A DNA stretch of 64,000 nucleotides from a virus. The notes below the pieces were generated by a model, which was given only the letters and a program-made list of their open reading frames with translations, was not told the origin of the DNA and searched no databases. A program made the translations under genes and the position numbers. Every line of letters starts with the position of its first letter. Position 1 is the first letter of the stretch. Location of the stretch: the IMG/VR virus record IMGVR_UViG_3300044846_003008. One strand, 5' to 3'. This document shows, in pieces, positions 7,931 to 17,615 of this stretch.

Positions 7931-10741
7931 TTATATAAAGACCTCATAACCTTCACTTGCTTGGTCATAGATATAGTCAGGACTAACATTAATGTTGTTC
8001 CAAAATTCCACTTCTTTTTCAGTTATAGTTAACAAATCTTCAATCGAATCTTGGTCACCCTCTTTAAATGGTAAGCCATTAGTCAATCTACATTGGTCGG
8101 TTGTAAAGAAACCACGTTGTTCGGGGTCCGTAACCAATAAGTTATCTCTCACTTCATTATTAAAAACAATCAACAAAGGTTGGATACGTTTGTTAAAGGT
8201 TGTAATTGCTCTCGGAACATTATATTCCCCCAACATATCAGGGTTATTCTCCAAATCTGAAGTATTCAAAATGTAACAATTAAGTTTAACTGTTGATTCT
8301 ACGGAATCTTCAGGGTATTTACCATATCCTTCATAAAACAAATCAAGTTGTTCTTGTTTCCACCCACTTTTAGGTTTATTAACTTTTTGAACATCACCGT
8401 GAGATGCTCTAACACCATTATTAACATAATAGATAACATCACCTAACTGAGTATTCATATTATGTTTGATAGCCAATTCCATATGAGCCATTCTTGACAT
8501 TGACCCACCTGATTTAGTTTTCTGTGTCGTTCTTGTTAAATAATCTTTGATTGATAATTTAACTTTTGCTCTCTGAGCAATTTGCATTAATGGTATCTCT
8601 TGATTAAATATTTTAGTAACGTATTCGTAATACCACTCAACAAATTCTTTACCTTGACCTTCTAACAAATGGTTAACCGCCTTGTCTAAGAATTTCTCAA
8701 TATACAATGGTAATTTTTTAGATTTAATGGTATTACCTGTTAATTTAACTTTTCCTTTATGTTCCATAGTTGCGTAGTTCTTTCTTGCTAAGTTGATACA
8801 AGATTTCCAAGTACCATCACAATCAAGACCCATAGCACCTCTCATAAACAAATCATTAAACTCCGCAACATCGGCATCATAACCCTCATATTCTTTACCC
8901 TCTTTAACTAACCAATTTAACCCTTTACCAACGTATCTTCTATCATCAACCCCTTCTTCAGGTAATGAGAAGTTCATACCATCGGTATCACATACAAGTG
9001 GAGTATAACCTCGTTTTTTAAAGAACAACAACATTTGACGTAAATATTGTCTACCTGTACAAGTAATCTTCTCACCTTTATCCATATCCCCCCAAGCGAA
9101 TACTTGTGGTGCTGATAATGCCCCAAATAATGAGTTGATGAAAATCTTAATCGGTAATTGTTTACGGTCAAATTTAAGGGATGTTTTCTTATCCTTACTT
9201 TCCCATTCTTTCGCCAAGTTTTTATACATAATACGAGAGTTACGGAAATACGCTAACATTCCTTTCATCGCACCTGTAACGTCACACTCAGGGAACACAT
9301 CGTGAACCAACTGAATTGATGGGTATAGTGACGAGTAATCGAGTTTTAATACGTCTTTCGAATAACCAACCATTAACAGACGAGAAAGTCCTCCTACGAA
9401 GTCTCTTTTCTCTTGTTTCTTGGGGATTGCTAATTTGTGTTTATATGACCACGCTAACATAATCATCTTCCATAATGTCGCAGTACCCATTGTTGATACA
9501 CGTTCATATGTTGTTGGTACTAAGGATGCTAATAGAAACGTTCCTTGGTTGAATTCCTCATCCACCAATAACGTTTCCTCAAGGTCATCGTCAAGATAAC
9601 GCTCAACTAAATCATCCCCCGTAGTTTTAATGTAAACACTTGGATGACGTTCACAAACCTCATCAATTTTTTCACTAACACCAACTTTTTTATAGTTACC
9701 ATTCTCAATGTTTAACCAAAACTCCTCTTTATTAGCATAATATGGACCGATATCTAAGTGGTCAATATATACACGGTCTTTAGCCTCAGCATCAATATAT
9801 TTTGTAATATATTTCAGACCTGCGGACTTAATACCTGAGTTAATTGCTTGAGCTCTACGAACTGAGTGGATAATATCAATTACGTTATAACCCCACATAC
9901 CAACTTGGTTGTATCTCTCAACCTCATTTGCAAGTTTTAATAGGTTTTCCGATTGTTTTATAGGGCTCTTAGGGTTCAGAGTCTTACAGATTTTTTTAAT
10001 GTCTATATTGAGAGCTTTACATCTTTCGAATATCCAAAACCAGTCGAAGTTTGCTGAGTTATACCCACCAATAATACTTGGTTTTTGTTCGTCAATAGTG
10101 TTGAAGAATTCCACAAGACCTCTACGTTCTGAATCTGCGTCAGGACATTCGATTACTTTTTTAAATCCTTTATTGGTTTTCATTCCAATCATAAAGATAC
10201 GACCGTCTTTAGGTTCTAAAGCAGTCGTCTCTAAGTCGAATCCAAACCTCGTAAGGTCATTGTATTCGTCAAATCCTTTAAATAATCTTTTTTCTCGTGA
10301 AATTAAGTATTGTTCTACCGGTGGTAGAATCATTATCTTGTCTTTTGATTTTTCACCCCAAGGTTCTACACCACCTTCTTTGAAGAATTGGATTAATGAA
10401 CGGTAACCTTTTAAAGATTTTACCATATACTTTAATCCTTCATCTAATCTGTCATTGGGTGTTCCATCTTCATTCTCCGTTCTTAAACGTTCGATGATGA
10501 TGTTATGTTTGGACATACCCGCTTTTTGTTCGTGTTTAGATGAATTGTAAAAATTCAATCCTCTTAAATCACCAACCCACGCAAATGCGGTGAACGTATC
10601 TTTTCTGATTTCTTTTCCTTTACCAGGAATTTCTTTGATTTTGTAAACACAATCTCCTGCATAATCGAATTCTATTGCAACGATATGTTCTTCAGGGTCA
10701 TTACCTTCCAAGAAGGATTTGATTTCTTCTTCTGATATCAT
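7931..10741 (-). CDS. polB: DNA polymerase family B
   Basis: Exonuclease motifs FDLET, GYNSANFD and YLDDD; polymerase motifs LDYSSLYPS, KIFINSLFG and CDTDG; no intein evident. Confidence 0.95.
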   Translation of the reverse strand: MISEEEIKSFLEGNDPEEHIVAIEFDYAGDCVYKIKEIPGKGKEIRKDTFTAFAWVGDLRGLNFYNSSKHEQKAGMSKHNIIIERLRTENEDGTPNDRLDEGLKYMVKSLKGYRSLIQFFKEGGVEPWGEKSKDKIMILPPVEQYLISREKRLFKGFDEYNDLTRFGFDLETTALEPKDGRIFMIGMKTNKGFKKVIECPDADSERRGLVEFFNTIDEQKPSIIGGYNSANFDWFWIFERCKALNIDIKKICKTLNPKSPIKQSENLLKLANEVERYNQVGMWGYNVIDIIHSVRRAQAINSGIKSAGLKYITKYIDAEAKDRVYIDHLDIGPYYANKEEFWLNIENGNYKKVGVSEKIDEVCERHPSVYIKTTGDDLVERYLDDDLEETLLVDEEFNQGTFLLASLVPTTYERVSTMGTATLWKMIMLAWSYKHKLAIPKKQEKRDFVGGLSRLLMVGYSKDVLKLDYSSLYPSIQLVHDVFPECDVTGAMKGMLAYFRNSRIMYKNLAKEWESKDKKTSLKFDRKQLPIKIFINSLFGALSAPQVFAWGDMDKGEKITCTGRQYLRQMLLFFKKRGYTPLVCDTDGMNFSLPEEGVDDRRYVGKGLNWLVKEGKEYEGYDADVAEFNDLFMRGAMGLDCDGTWKSCINLARKNYATMEHKGKVKLTGNTIKSKKLPLYIEKFLDKAVNHLLEGQGKEFVEWYYEYVTKIFNQEIPLMQIAQRAKVKLSIKDYLTRTTQKTKSGGSMSRMAHMELAIKHNMNTQLGDVIYYVNNGVRASHGDVQKVNKPKSGWKQEQLDLFYEGYGKYPEDSVESTVKLNCYILNTSDLENNPDMLGEYNVPRAITTFNKRIQPLLIVFNNEVRDNLLVTDPEQRGFFTTDQCRLTNGLPFKEGDQDSIEDLLTITEKEVEFWNNINVSPDYIYDQASEGYEVFI

Positions 10742-10767
10742 ATATATTTAATTTTTGGTTTATTAGC

Positions 10768-10784
10768 TGCCGTACTCTACGACA
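10768..10784 (-). promoter_or_regulatory. Hairpin in the 5' leader of the polymerase gene
   Basis: On the minus strand UGUCGUA-GAG-UACGGCA (7 bp, one G-U pair), about 27 nt upstream of the AUG. Confidence 0.45.
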
Positions 10785-10799
10785 TTTACCTTTCTCATT

Positions 10800-10830
10800 A
10801 AAATATATACCAATCGGATTTGTAAGTCAA
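10800..10830 (-). promoter_or_regulatory. Host-type (sigma70-like) promoter for polB
   Basis: TTGACT-N17-TATATT, also readable as TTG-N20-TAnnTTT; the same layout occurs at 57427-57457. Confidence 0.5.
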
Positions 10831-10831
10831 A

Positions 10832-11020
10832 TTATCTTTCGAAATAATTGGTGTAAACTTTCAACTCATCTTTTATGTAAATCAATAATAGATTATTGAA
10901 TACGTCTTTAAATTCATCTAACTTAAATGTTTTAGATTCTTTAATATTTTCCACCCATAAATCACTATCTAATGATAGTAAAAATTTATTATCACTTTTT
11001 CTTTGTATTTTCTTTGTCAT
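10832..11020 (-). CDS. Hypothetical protein (62 aa)
   Basis: Starts 1 nt after the upstream stop, same strand. Confidence 0.55.
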   Translation of the reverse strand: MTKKIQRKSDNKFLLSLDSDLWVENIKESKTFKLDEFKDVFNNLLLIYIKDELKVYTNYFER

Positions 11021-11021
11021 C

Positions 11022-11714
11022 TTAATTATATATTTTAATTTCTATTGGTGTATTATATAACATAAATCTTGCGGAACTAAAAGTTTGAATATCAATTACG
11101 TATAACATTGGTGTAAAAAATAATGGGTCAATACTTGCCATAAATAATGGTAAGTCAGATGAAAACCCATAAGGGACTGTTGTTCCTACAGTGAATGTTG
11201 TTTTTTTAGGGTTAAAGATATCTTCGGTCGGACTATCTGAGAAAAATAAATAAACACCATCAATACCAATTCCAGGATAATCAGGAACTAAATCAAAACC
11301 TAAAGTATTTTCAATAACATTCATAATCACATTACCCGATGAGGTTAAAGTTGACCCAATCCAAGTGTCAGCTAATATTTCTAATGTTGAAGTGCTACCT
11401 GTAACTTTAAACACACATCCTGTTTCATTTATTACCCCCTCAAGAACTTCAGCAACGTTTGAAAAATCATCACCTGCGAAGTAATCGTCAATAGTATATG
11501 TTTCTCCCAATATAAAACCACCAAGTGGTGTATCGGTATCACCAAAGAACGTTAAGGGACCTGTATGTGTTACTAACGCACGATAGATTCTATATGGTGT
11601 TATTGATGAATAGTTAATGTGGTAAGTATCACCACTTAATTCCACAGGTATCTTAGTGTTGGGTGTTAAATTAGTTAGTTCGGTTAATTCACCGATAGTT
11701 TTTCCTGTAACCAT
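11022..11714 (-). CDS. Hypothetical virion / fibre-associated protein
   Basis: N-terminal KTIGELTELT...KIPVELSGDTYHI resembles fibre anchor segments; acidic and beta-rich. Confidence 0.5.
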   Translation of the reverse strand: MVTGKTIGELTELTNLTPNTKIPVELSGDTYHINYSSITPYRIYRALVTHTGPLTFFGDTDTPLGGFILGETYTIDDYFAGDDFSNVAEVLEGVINETGCVFKVTGSTSTLEILADTWIGSTLTSSGNVIMNVIENTLGFDLVPDYPGIGIDGVYLFFSDSPTEDIFNPKKTTFTVGTTVPYGFSSDLPLFMASIDPLFFTPMLYVIDIQTFSSARFMLYNTPIEIKIYN

Positions 11715-11725
11715 TTTTTTATTTT

Positions 11726-12379
11726 TTAGTTAATTATTTTTAAATATAAGTTAAGGCCAACATTTAAATATGTGTCAGTCCCGATTAATAAAGCGTCAGT
11801 TATTTGTTGTTCAGGTATTGTTGGTGTTGGTGTTGGTGTTGATGTTGGTGTTGTTGATGGTATTGGTGTTGCACTCACTGATGGTGTTGGTGATGGTGTT
11901 GGTGTGTTACAAGGTTCACAACTTGGACAAGGTGTTGTGGTGGTGGTTGTTGTGTATGGTCCATTAACGCAACAAGGGAATTCTGAAACATAACAAGACT
12001 CGTAATTTAATTCATCAGCAATAAACGATTCTTGGACATATATGTTTAATTTTTCACGTATCGGTAATATCAAAACACCATCATCGGACCTTAACATAAA
12101 TTGACCTTCATATTTACCAACATCCTTAGTGTCTTTAGAATTGAATTGGTAATAGATATAATACTCAGGTTCGGCATTTGGGTCAATAAATGTTTTCTCA
12201 ACAAACCCTGCCGGTCTTGAATTAATCTTAGATAAACCTGTATCAACATTAACCATTGAAAAAAAGATTGATGACAATTCTATGGTTTTCATAAAATTAT
12301 CATAATCACTTCTACCGTCTTTAACTACTTGTAATTTTAATACAGGTAATGTTGCATTTTTTTTAATAAAAAAATCCAT
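11726..12379 (-). CDS. BppU-like Ig-fold virion protein with Thr/Pro-rich tail
   Basis: FFIKKNATLPVLK...YQFNSKDTKDVGKYEGQF pattern, then a Cys cluster and [16 protein letters not shown] tract; TATTTAT motif upstream. Confidence 0.55.
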   Translation of the reverse strand: MDFFIKKNATLPVLKLQVVKDGRSDYDNFMKTIELSSIFFSMVNVDTGLSKINSRPAGFVEKTFIDPNAEPEYYIYYQFNSKDTKDVGKYEGQFMLRSDDGVLILPIREKLNIYVQESFIADELNYESCYVSEFPCCVNGPYTTTTTTTPCPSCEPCNTPTPSPTPSVSATPIPSTTPTSTPTPTPTIPEQQITDALLIGTDTYLNVGLNLYLKIIN

Positions 12380-12411
12380 TTATTATTTTTATTAATAAAT
12401 AGTCTGAAATT

Positions 12412-12442
12412 AAAAAAATAAAGGGGTAATTACTCACCCCTT
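12412..12442 (-). terminator. Intrinsic terminator closing the glycosyltransferase operon
   Basis: AAGGGGT-N8-ACCCCTT stem followed by a U-tract on the minus strand. Confidence 0.65.
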
Positions 12443-14132
12443 AACTTTCTTTTCTTAATTCACGTTCATAATGGTCAAACCTGTTATGCTCTGTTGGTGT
12501 TAATAATAGTAACCCGAATTTTAATTTACCTCTCTTTAATTCTTGAAACATATGGCTCATCCAAGTCTGTTCATATGGGTGTCTCCAAGTTGTTTCTAAA
12601 AACATTTTTTTACTACCACTTTTAGATACTAATTGAGGCCAATTACAATAATAAATCTCACCTGTAACATAAGGGACACCATCATAAATTTTAATATTTT
12701 CGTATTTAACTTTAGGTGCGTTAGGGTCAGTTCCTTGTTCAGGTAACTTTGAATACTCTGGCCAATATTGTTCTCTAACAACTTGAGGGACATTATACCA
12801 AGTCCATTGTGTTGAATTGTCACCAAAGAATTCACTAAAGTTAAGTTTTAAATAATCAAAATTCTCTTGTTTAGCAATCATCATTGATTTATCGTAAAGG
12901 TCGTCAATCATTCGATTAAAACCATTTCTACATACTTCACCTTTTTTAGGGTAAAAGAACATATCGTCCTCAAAAAAATACATATATTCTAAATCGGATT
13001 GTTCAAAATGTTCAGCTATCCATTGTCTTCCGCCACAAATCCCTAAATTATCCTTTTTAATATGTTCAAAACCGTATTTAGAACATAACTCACTATAAAT
13101 TGGTGTTGTGGATAAATCAGTTGAATTATCCAATAGAATCTTTCTTGGCTTTTCAATAAAGTTTTTGTCATATTCAAGCATTGACATTATTAATGTCTCT
13201 AATTGTTTTGGACTATTAAAACCTATCACATAAAGACCAACATTATCTTTGGTTATTTTTGGTATTTGATTAACATTTTTATTTATGAAATTATTATCAT
13301 AATTTTTAAGTTCTTCAAAAAATGGCCATACAAGACCATTACCTTCAATTTCGTATTTATAAATTAAATCAGGAAATTTGTGAGTTAAAATGGTGAATAA
13401 ACATTCATCGGCACCCATATAACCACTTTTTAGTGTATTTTCCAAAATAGAATAATACTGATGATTTAATTGATGGATAACGCTTTTCTCACCACCAAAA
13501 AACCCCCCTCTACAAACATAACGAACGTAATCGGTGTTACAATATTTCGCCATTTCAGTTCTTTCAAATCCGTGTATTTCGGGACTACCTTCATATGGGT
13601 AAGCTAAATGAACATATTTTATATCTTTTTGAGACATAAATTCTGTTAAATTATTTAACACTAAATCTTTTTGGAAATAACCTTTGTTAACCGTATGTGT
13701 TAGACCACCATCAACCCAATAAAAATATTTACTATTAAACGGATTCATAATTGCCGTATCATTTAACATAAACATTTTTGTTAACATCATTGCGTTATAT
13801 GATTCTAACGCGGCTTGTGGTGATTCTCTTAACCATCCAGATTGTGATAACCATTTTTCGTCTTTTCTAATTTTTTGTATTTCATCAAAAAACGGGTTCC
13901 AAGTATTAAAATCTGAGACTTCTTTAATAAAAATCCTTGTTGGTTTATCACCACGGATTCTCTCAACGTCAGACTTTAAATCGGAAGGTATCCAAATACA
14001 CATCTGAACATCAACTTCTAACATTTCAAAAAAACGTTCTTTATAATAACTAAAATCTCTTTTAGCCCAAGATTCTAAATTCCCTCTACCAACATCCCAA
14101 AGACCTGTAACGATTGTAATATCTGTATTCAT
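12441..14132 (-). CDS. HtrL/YibB-like domain fused to a GT-A glycosyltransferase domain
   Basis: ITIVTGLWDVGR...YYKERF...YFYWVDGG...GGFFGG...ADECLF (HtrL-like); C-terminal GICGGRQWIAEHF...FFEDD. Confidence 0.7.
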   Translation of the reverse strand: MNTDITIVTGLWDVGRGNLESWAKRDFSYYKERFFEMLEVDVQMCIWIPSDLKSDVERIRGDKPTRIFIKEVSDFNTWNPFFDEIQKIRKDEKWLSQSGWLRESPQAALESYNAMMLTKMFMLNDTAIMNPFNSKYFYWVDGGLTHTVNKGYFQKDLVLNNLTEFMSQKDIKYVHLAYPYEGSPEIHGFERTEMAKYCNTDYVRYVCRGGFFGGEKSVIHQLNHQYYSILENTLKSGYMGADECLFTILTHKFPDLIYKYEIEGNGLVWPFFEELKNYDNNFINKNVNQIPKITKDNVGLYVIGFNSPKQLETLIMSMLEYDKNFIEKPRKILLDNSTDLSTTPIYSELCSKYGFEHIKKDNLGICGGRQWIAEHFEQSDLEYMYFFEDDMFFYPKKGEVCRNGFNRMIDDLYDKSMMIAKQENFDYLKLNFSEFFGDNSTQWTWYNVPQVVREQYWPEYSKLPEQGTDPNAPKVKYENIKIYDGVPYVTGEIYYCNWPQLVSKSGSKKMFLETTWRHPYEQTWMSHMFQELKRGKLKFGLLLLTPTEHNRFDHYERELRKES

Positions 14133-14141
14133 ATAAATTTA

Positions 14142-14747
14142 TTATTGTTTAATTTTACAAGCCCAAACAACTTGTCTAAAGTCATCTTCCATATATGGAA
14201 TTAAATTATTTCGGAGACTAGGCTCATTAATATCATTATCTTGAATTTCCAACCAATTCCAAATTTTATTATTAATATGTTCTTGGAAATATTCTTCATT
14301 CGGTGCATAGTCGTGAGCCATAATGACATCACCAACTTTTAAATAATCTGATAGAATTCTAAATTCGTTTTTCTTACTACCACCATCACATAACACTAAT
14401 GTTACTCCTTCTGATGTTATAATATCAATAACTTCTTGACCATTTTCTAAATTATCGTATTGATTGTTAAAAACGTTTTCAACTTTTAATTCAATTTTTG
14501 AACCTTCATCAACATATCGTCTTAAATAAACAGGTTCATTAACATCATAACTGATTAACCTAGTTGACTCCAATCCATTTTTATCTAAAATGTCACGTAT
14601 TAATAAAGTTAACCCACCGGATGATGTACCTATTTCTAAAACTTTAATCGGTTTTAACTCTGTTATTAGTTTTGTAAATTTTTCTTCAATTGAAGTGTGT
14701 TGCATTGTCATTAAATCTCGGTAGATAAAATATCCTGAAATACTCAT
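14142..14747 (-). CDS. Class I SAM-dependent methyltransferase (CmcI / Methyltransf_24-like)
   Basis: VLEIGTSSGG, ISYD, LCDGG and LKVGDVIMAHD. Confidence 0.8.
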   Translation of the reverse strand: MSISGYFIYRDLMTMQHTSIEEKFTKLITELKPIKVLEIGTSSGGLTLLIRDILDKNGLESTRLISYDVNEPVYLRRYVDEGSKIELKVENVFNNQYDNLENGQEVIDIITSEGVTLVLCDGGSKKNEFRILSDYLKVGDVIMAHDYAPNEEYFQEHINNKIWNWLEIQDNDINEPSLRNNLIPYMEDDFRQVVWACKIKQ

Positions 14748-14748
14748 T

Positions 14749-15483
14749 TTATATTTTTTTAATTAGGTTTAGTGAGAAACTTGAATTGTCGTGAATTAAG
14801 TATGGCTCAGTATTAAATTTAGTTTTTATTTTTTTATTTTCAATCGTATAATATGAATCATCTAACATTGCCGTCGAAAAAAAATAATCACAATTCTTAT
14901 CAGTGTTTAATTCTTTAATTTTAAGATGATAATATTGCCAAACACCTTGGTCGTCCCAAAAGTCAATATTGGTAGTTAAACAAATATTTTCTAATTCCTT
15001 AATTAGTTCATAAAAAGTATTTGTTTTAGAAATTATTGCTCCGGAGTTCAGATAAAAAAATTCTTTTTCATCCATTGGTTCACCCATCCATTTAGACACT
15101 TCGTGAATATATGGCCAACAATTTTTTTCGGTCGAAACCACAATATCTTCACCTGACTGAATAAATTTATCAATCATATCGTTAGAACTTCTACTAAATT
15201 TAGTATCACTAAAATCAATATGTGTTAGATATTCATATTTACCTAAAATGTTTTCCTCAATAAATTTTCTTAGAAGAAAAATTTTCCCATAAACTAAATC
15301 TTTACGACCTGTAATTCCAATATTTGGGATTTCTTCCATATTGAAAGGGTCAAATTTATTTGAAAAGTTAACATAAATGTCCTCCACATCACCATCAAAA
15401 TTAAACTTACTTTTTAAGTGTTCTTGTGAAATTTCGTGACAACCATTACAATAGTATGTGGTAATTACTGAGTGTTTTTTCAT
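14749..15483 (-). CDS. PLOD/LH3-type glycosyltransferase domain protein
   Basis: HIDFSD, IVVSTEKNCWP, YLNSGAII, WDDQGVW and PYLIHDN match the GT domain of procollagen lysyl hydroxylases. Confidence 0.72.
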   Translation of the reverse strand: MKKHSVITTYYCNGCHEISQEHLKSKFNFDGDVEDIYVNFSNKFDPFNMEEIPNIGITGRKDLVYGKIFLLRKFIEENILGKYEYLTHIDFSDTKFSRSSNDMIDKFIQSGEDIVVSTEKNCWPYIHEVSKWMGEPMDEKEFFYLNSGAIISKTNTFYELIKELENICLTTNIDFWDDQGVWQYYHLKIKELNTDKNCDYFFSTAMLDDSYYTIENKKIKTKFNTEPYLIHDNSSFSLNLIKKI

Positions 15484-16157
15484 ATATTTGTTTTTTTCAT
15501 AAAATGATAATCACCATCAGGACCATTATTAGTAAAAAAGGATACTAATTCAAACCCCAACGATTCAATAAATTTAATGGATTCGACATTTAACGGTGCT
15601 CCAATATTATATTGACTATGTTGTAACTCAATAATTAAATGTTTGCAAGTTTTTAATGTTTCTGTCATACCTTTTAGAATATCGACTTCACATCCTTGGA
15701 CATCAATCTTTATTAAATCAGGTAATTTAAATTTTTTATCTTTAACCACAGTATCTACTGTGATTGTTTTTACAATTCGTTCACTATCTTTACCAAAATA
15801 TAAATCAGTTGCCCAACTATATTCTTTATAATATGAGTTACCGCCAGGACTTTCATTACTTTGGTAAAAAATTAACTCTTTATTATCTACATCACTTAAC
15901 ACACCTAAATGATATTCAAAACCAACCTCATCATATAAAAACCCAACAGAATCCATACCGTCAAAAAGGTAGTATGTTGAATTAGGCCAAATTTTTAAAG
16001 ATTCTTTAGTCCAATGTAATACACAAGCACCAATATCGTAAATTACCTCCGGTTCAAAATTAAATTCTTCTTTTAATTTTTTTAAGTATAAAATATGACT
16101 ATCAGGTATTGGTGACATATTTGATAAATTTTTTAAATTGTTTTTTACATTTTCCAT
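15480..16157 (-). CDS. FkbM-family methyltransferase
   Basis: IYDIGA, TITVDTV, PDLIKIDVQGCEVDILKG. Confidence 0.88.
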   Translation of the reverse strand: MENVKNNLKNLSNMSPIPDSHILYLKKLKEEFNFEPEVIYDIGACVLHWTKESLKIWPNSTYYLFDGMDSVGFLYDEVGFEYHLGVLSDVDNKELIFYQSNESPGGNSYYKEYSWATDLYFGKDSERIVKTITVDTVVKDKKFKLPDLIKIDVQGCEVDILKGMTETLKTCKHLIIELQHSQYNIGAPLNVESIKFIESLGFELVSFFTNNGPDGDYHFMKKTNI

Positions 16158-16159
16158 AA

Positions 16160-16897
16160 TTAGATTAAATTAAACCCTTCAATAATTCTTGGACTACCAT
16201 AATTCCATCCATTATCGTGAACAAACATTGGGGTAGTGTTAGTTAATTTATGTTTTAACATACCATTTTCATTTTCAAACCAATTTCTTGATGTTAGATA
16301 TGTACTTAAAAAATGTTGACACGTTTCATCTAATTCTATATTAGGTGAGAGATTATTAATAAAATAATAAGTATAAACTCCTTGGTCGCCTCCAAAATTT
16401 TTATAATTTAGAGGTAATACCGATTCAATAGATTTATCTAATAATTTAAGATATAATTCTTTAGTTGTTACTATAAGACCTGAATTCAAATAAATATTGT
16501 TATTTATATTCCACTCAGGGTAAGATGATATTGGACCCCAAGATGAATTATCATTTGGGTATTTATTTTTTTCTGATGAAAAAATTATACCATCATTATA
16601 TTTTAATTCATTAATATTGTCTAGACAAACAACATCATTGGTGTCACAATAAACAATAAGATTATCATCAATTTCAATTAATTTATCCTTGAATAATTTT
16701 ATCTTATAAAGAATAAATTCAAATTGATATCCATAATTGTTTTCAAATTCTTTTTCCAATTCAACATAATCATTTCGGTTGAAGTGTATGTTGATAAAAT
16801 CATTTTCATTATTTTTTTTAATAAACGACTTATATAGTATAGTGTTTTTATAATCAAAATGTGGGTCATAAGACCAAGTAACAGAAACTAACTTCAT
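16160..16897 (-). CDS. PLOD/LH3-type glycosyltransferase domain protein (paralog of 14749-15483)
   Basis: YCDTNDVV, IIFSSEKNKYP, YLNSGLIV, GGDQGVY and PMFVHDNG. Confidence 0.75.
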   Translation of the reverse strand: MKLVSVTWSYDPHFDYKNTILYKSFIKKNNENDFINIHFNRNDYVELEKEFENNYGYQFEFILYKIKLFKDKLIEIDDNLIVYCDTNDVVCLDNINELKYNDGIIFSSEKNKYPNDNSSWGPISSYPEWNINNNIYLNSGLIVTTKELYLKLLDKSIESVLPLNYKNFGGDQGVYTYYFINNLSPNIELDETCQHFLSTYLTSRNWFENENGMLKHKLTNTTPMFVHDNGWNYGSPRIIEGFNLI

Positions 16898-17610
16898 TCT
16901 TGTTCGTCTTTTGGGTATCCTTGTGTTATATATTCTTCATAATTTACATCAAAGAACCATAAATCACTATATGATGAATATTGTGTGGTTAATCCGAATT
17001 TATAACACATTGCTTTATATATTGTCGGTAAAACATCTAATGGTTGGTCTAAATTATAATAATCATACTTATCAGGATGAGTTACAACATCAACACCATA
17101 AGGTGCTAATGATAATAATTCATCGGGAGTTACGGGTTGACCAAAGAAATTAGTTTCACTAAAATTATCAATAATGAATTTACAAAAATCACGTTTAATT
17201 AAATATGATTGTGCGTAAGATACTGACGAAACTTGTAAGCAGTTATTTTTAACTTTAATTGGGTTTCGTCTATTTCTACAACCTAACCAAAACACGTCCC
17301 ATTCAGTGTTGTTAATATCATTAAAGATTTTATTACCATCCTCTTTTAATACATCTAAAAACAAGCAATCATCTTCTAATATTAATAATGTTTCAAAATC
17401 GGTTTCTAATAATTTTTCCATTAATTGTAGGTGACTTCGTTTACAATTTAAGGTGTTAGAATCATACCCCGAAAACGCGGAATGTCTCTCAACTCCCGAA
17501 ATATTGAAATCTATTAACTGAGACTCAATTTTTTCTTTCCTATCTTCACGTTTATCAAGATTTATATAAAAACCTATATCCGCAATTTTTATATCATTAA
17601 ATTTAACCAT
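16894..17610 (-). CDS. Glycosyltransferase family 25
   Basis: FYINLDKREDR, CKRSH, LILEDD and WDVFWLG. Confidence 0.85.
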   Translation of the reverse strand: MVKFNDIKIADIGFYINLDKREDRKEKIESQLIDFNISGVERHSAFSGYDSNTLNCKRSHLQLMEKLLETDFETLLILEDDCLFLDVLKEDGNKIFNDINNTEWDVFWLGCRNRRNPIKVKNNCLQVSSVSYAQSYLIKRDFCKFIIDNFSETNFFGQPVTPDELLSLAPYGVDVVTHPDKYDYYNLDQPLDVLPTIYKAMCYKFGLTTQYSSYSDLWFFDVNYEEYITQGYPKDEQE

Positions 17611-17615
17611 CTTTT

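Noticed and set aside
7931-10741. Intein or intron in the polymerase, terminase or helicase
   Set aside because: Lengths are ordinary, motif spacing is continuous, and no splice-junction or homing-endonuclease motifs are visible.
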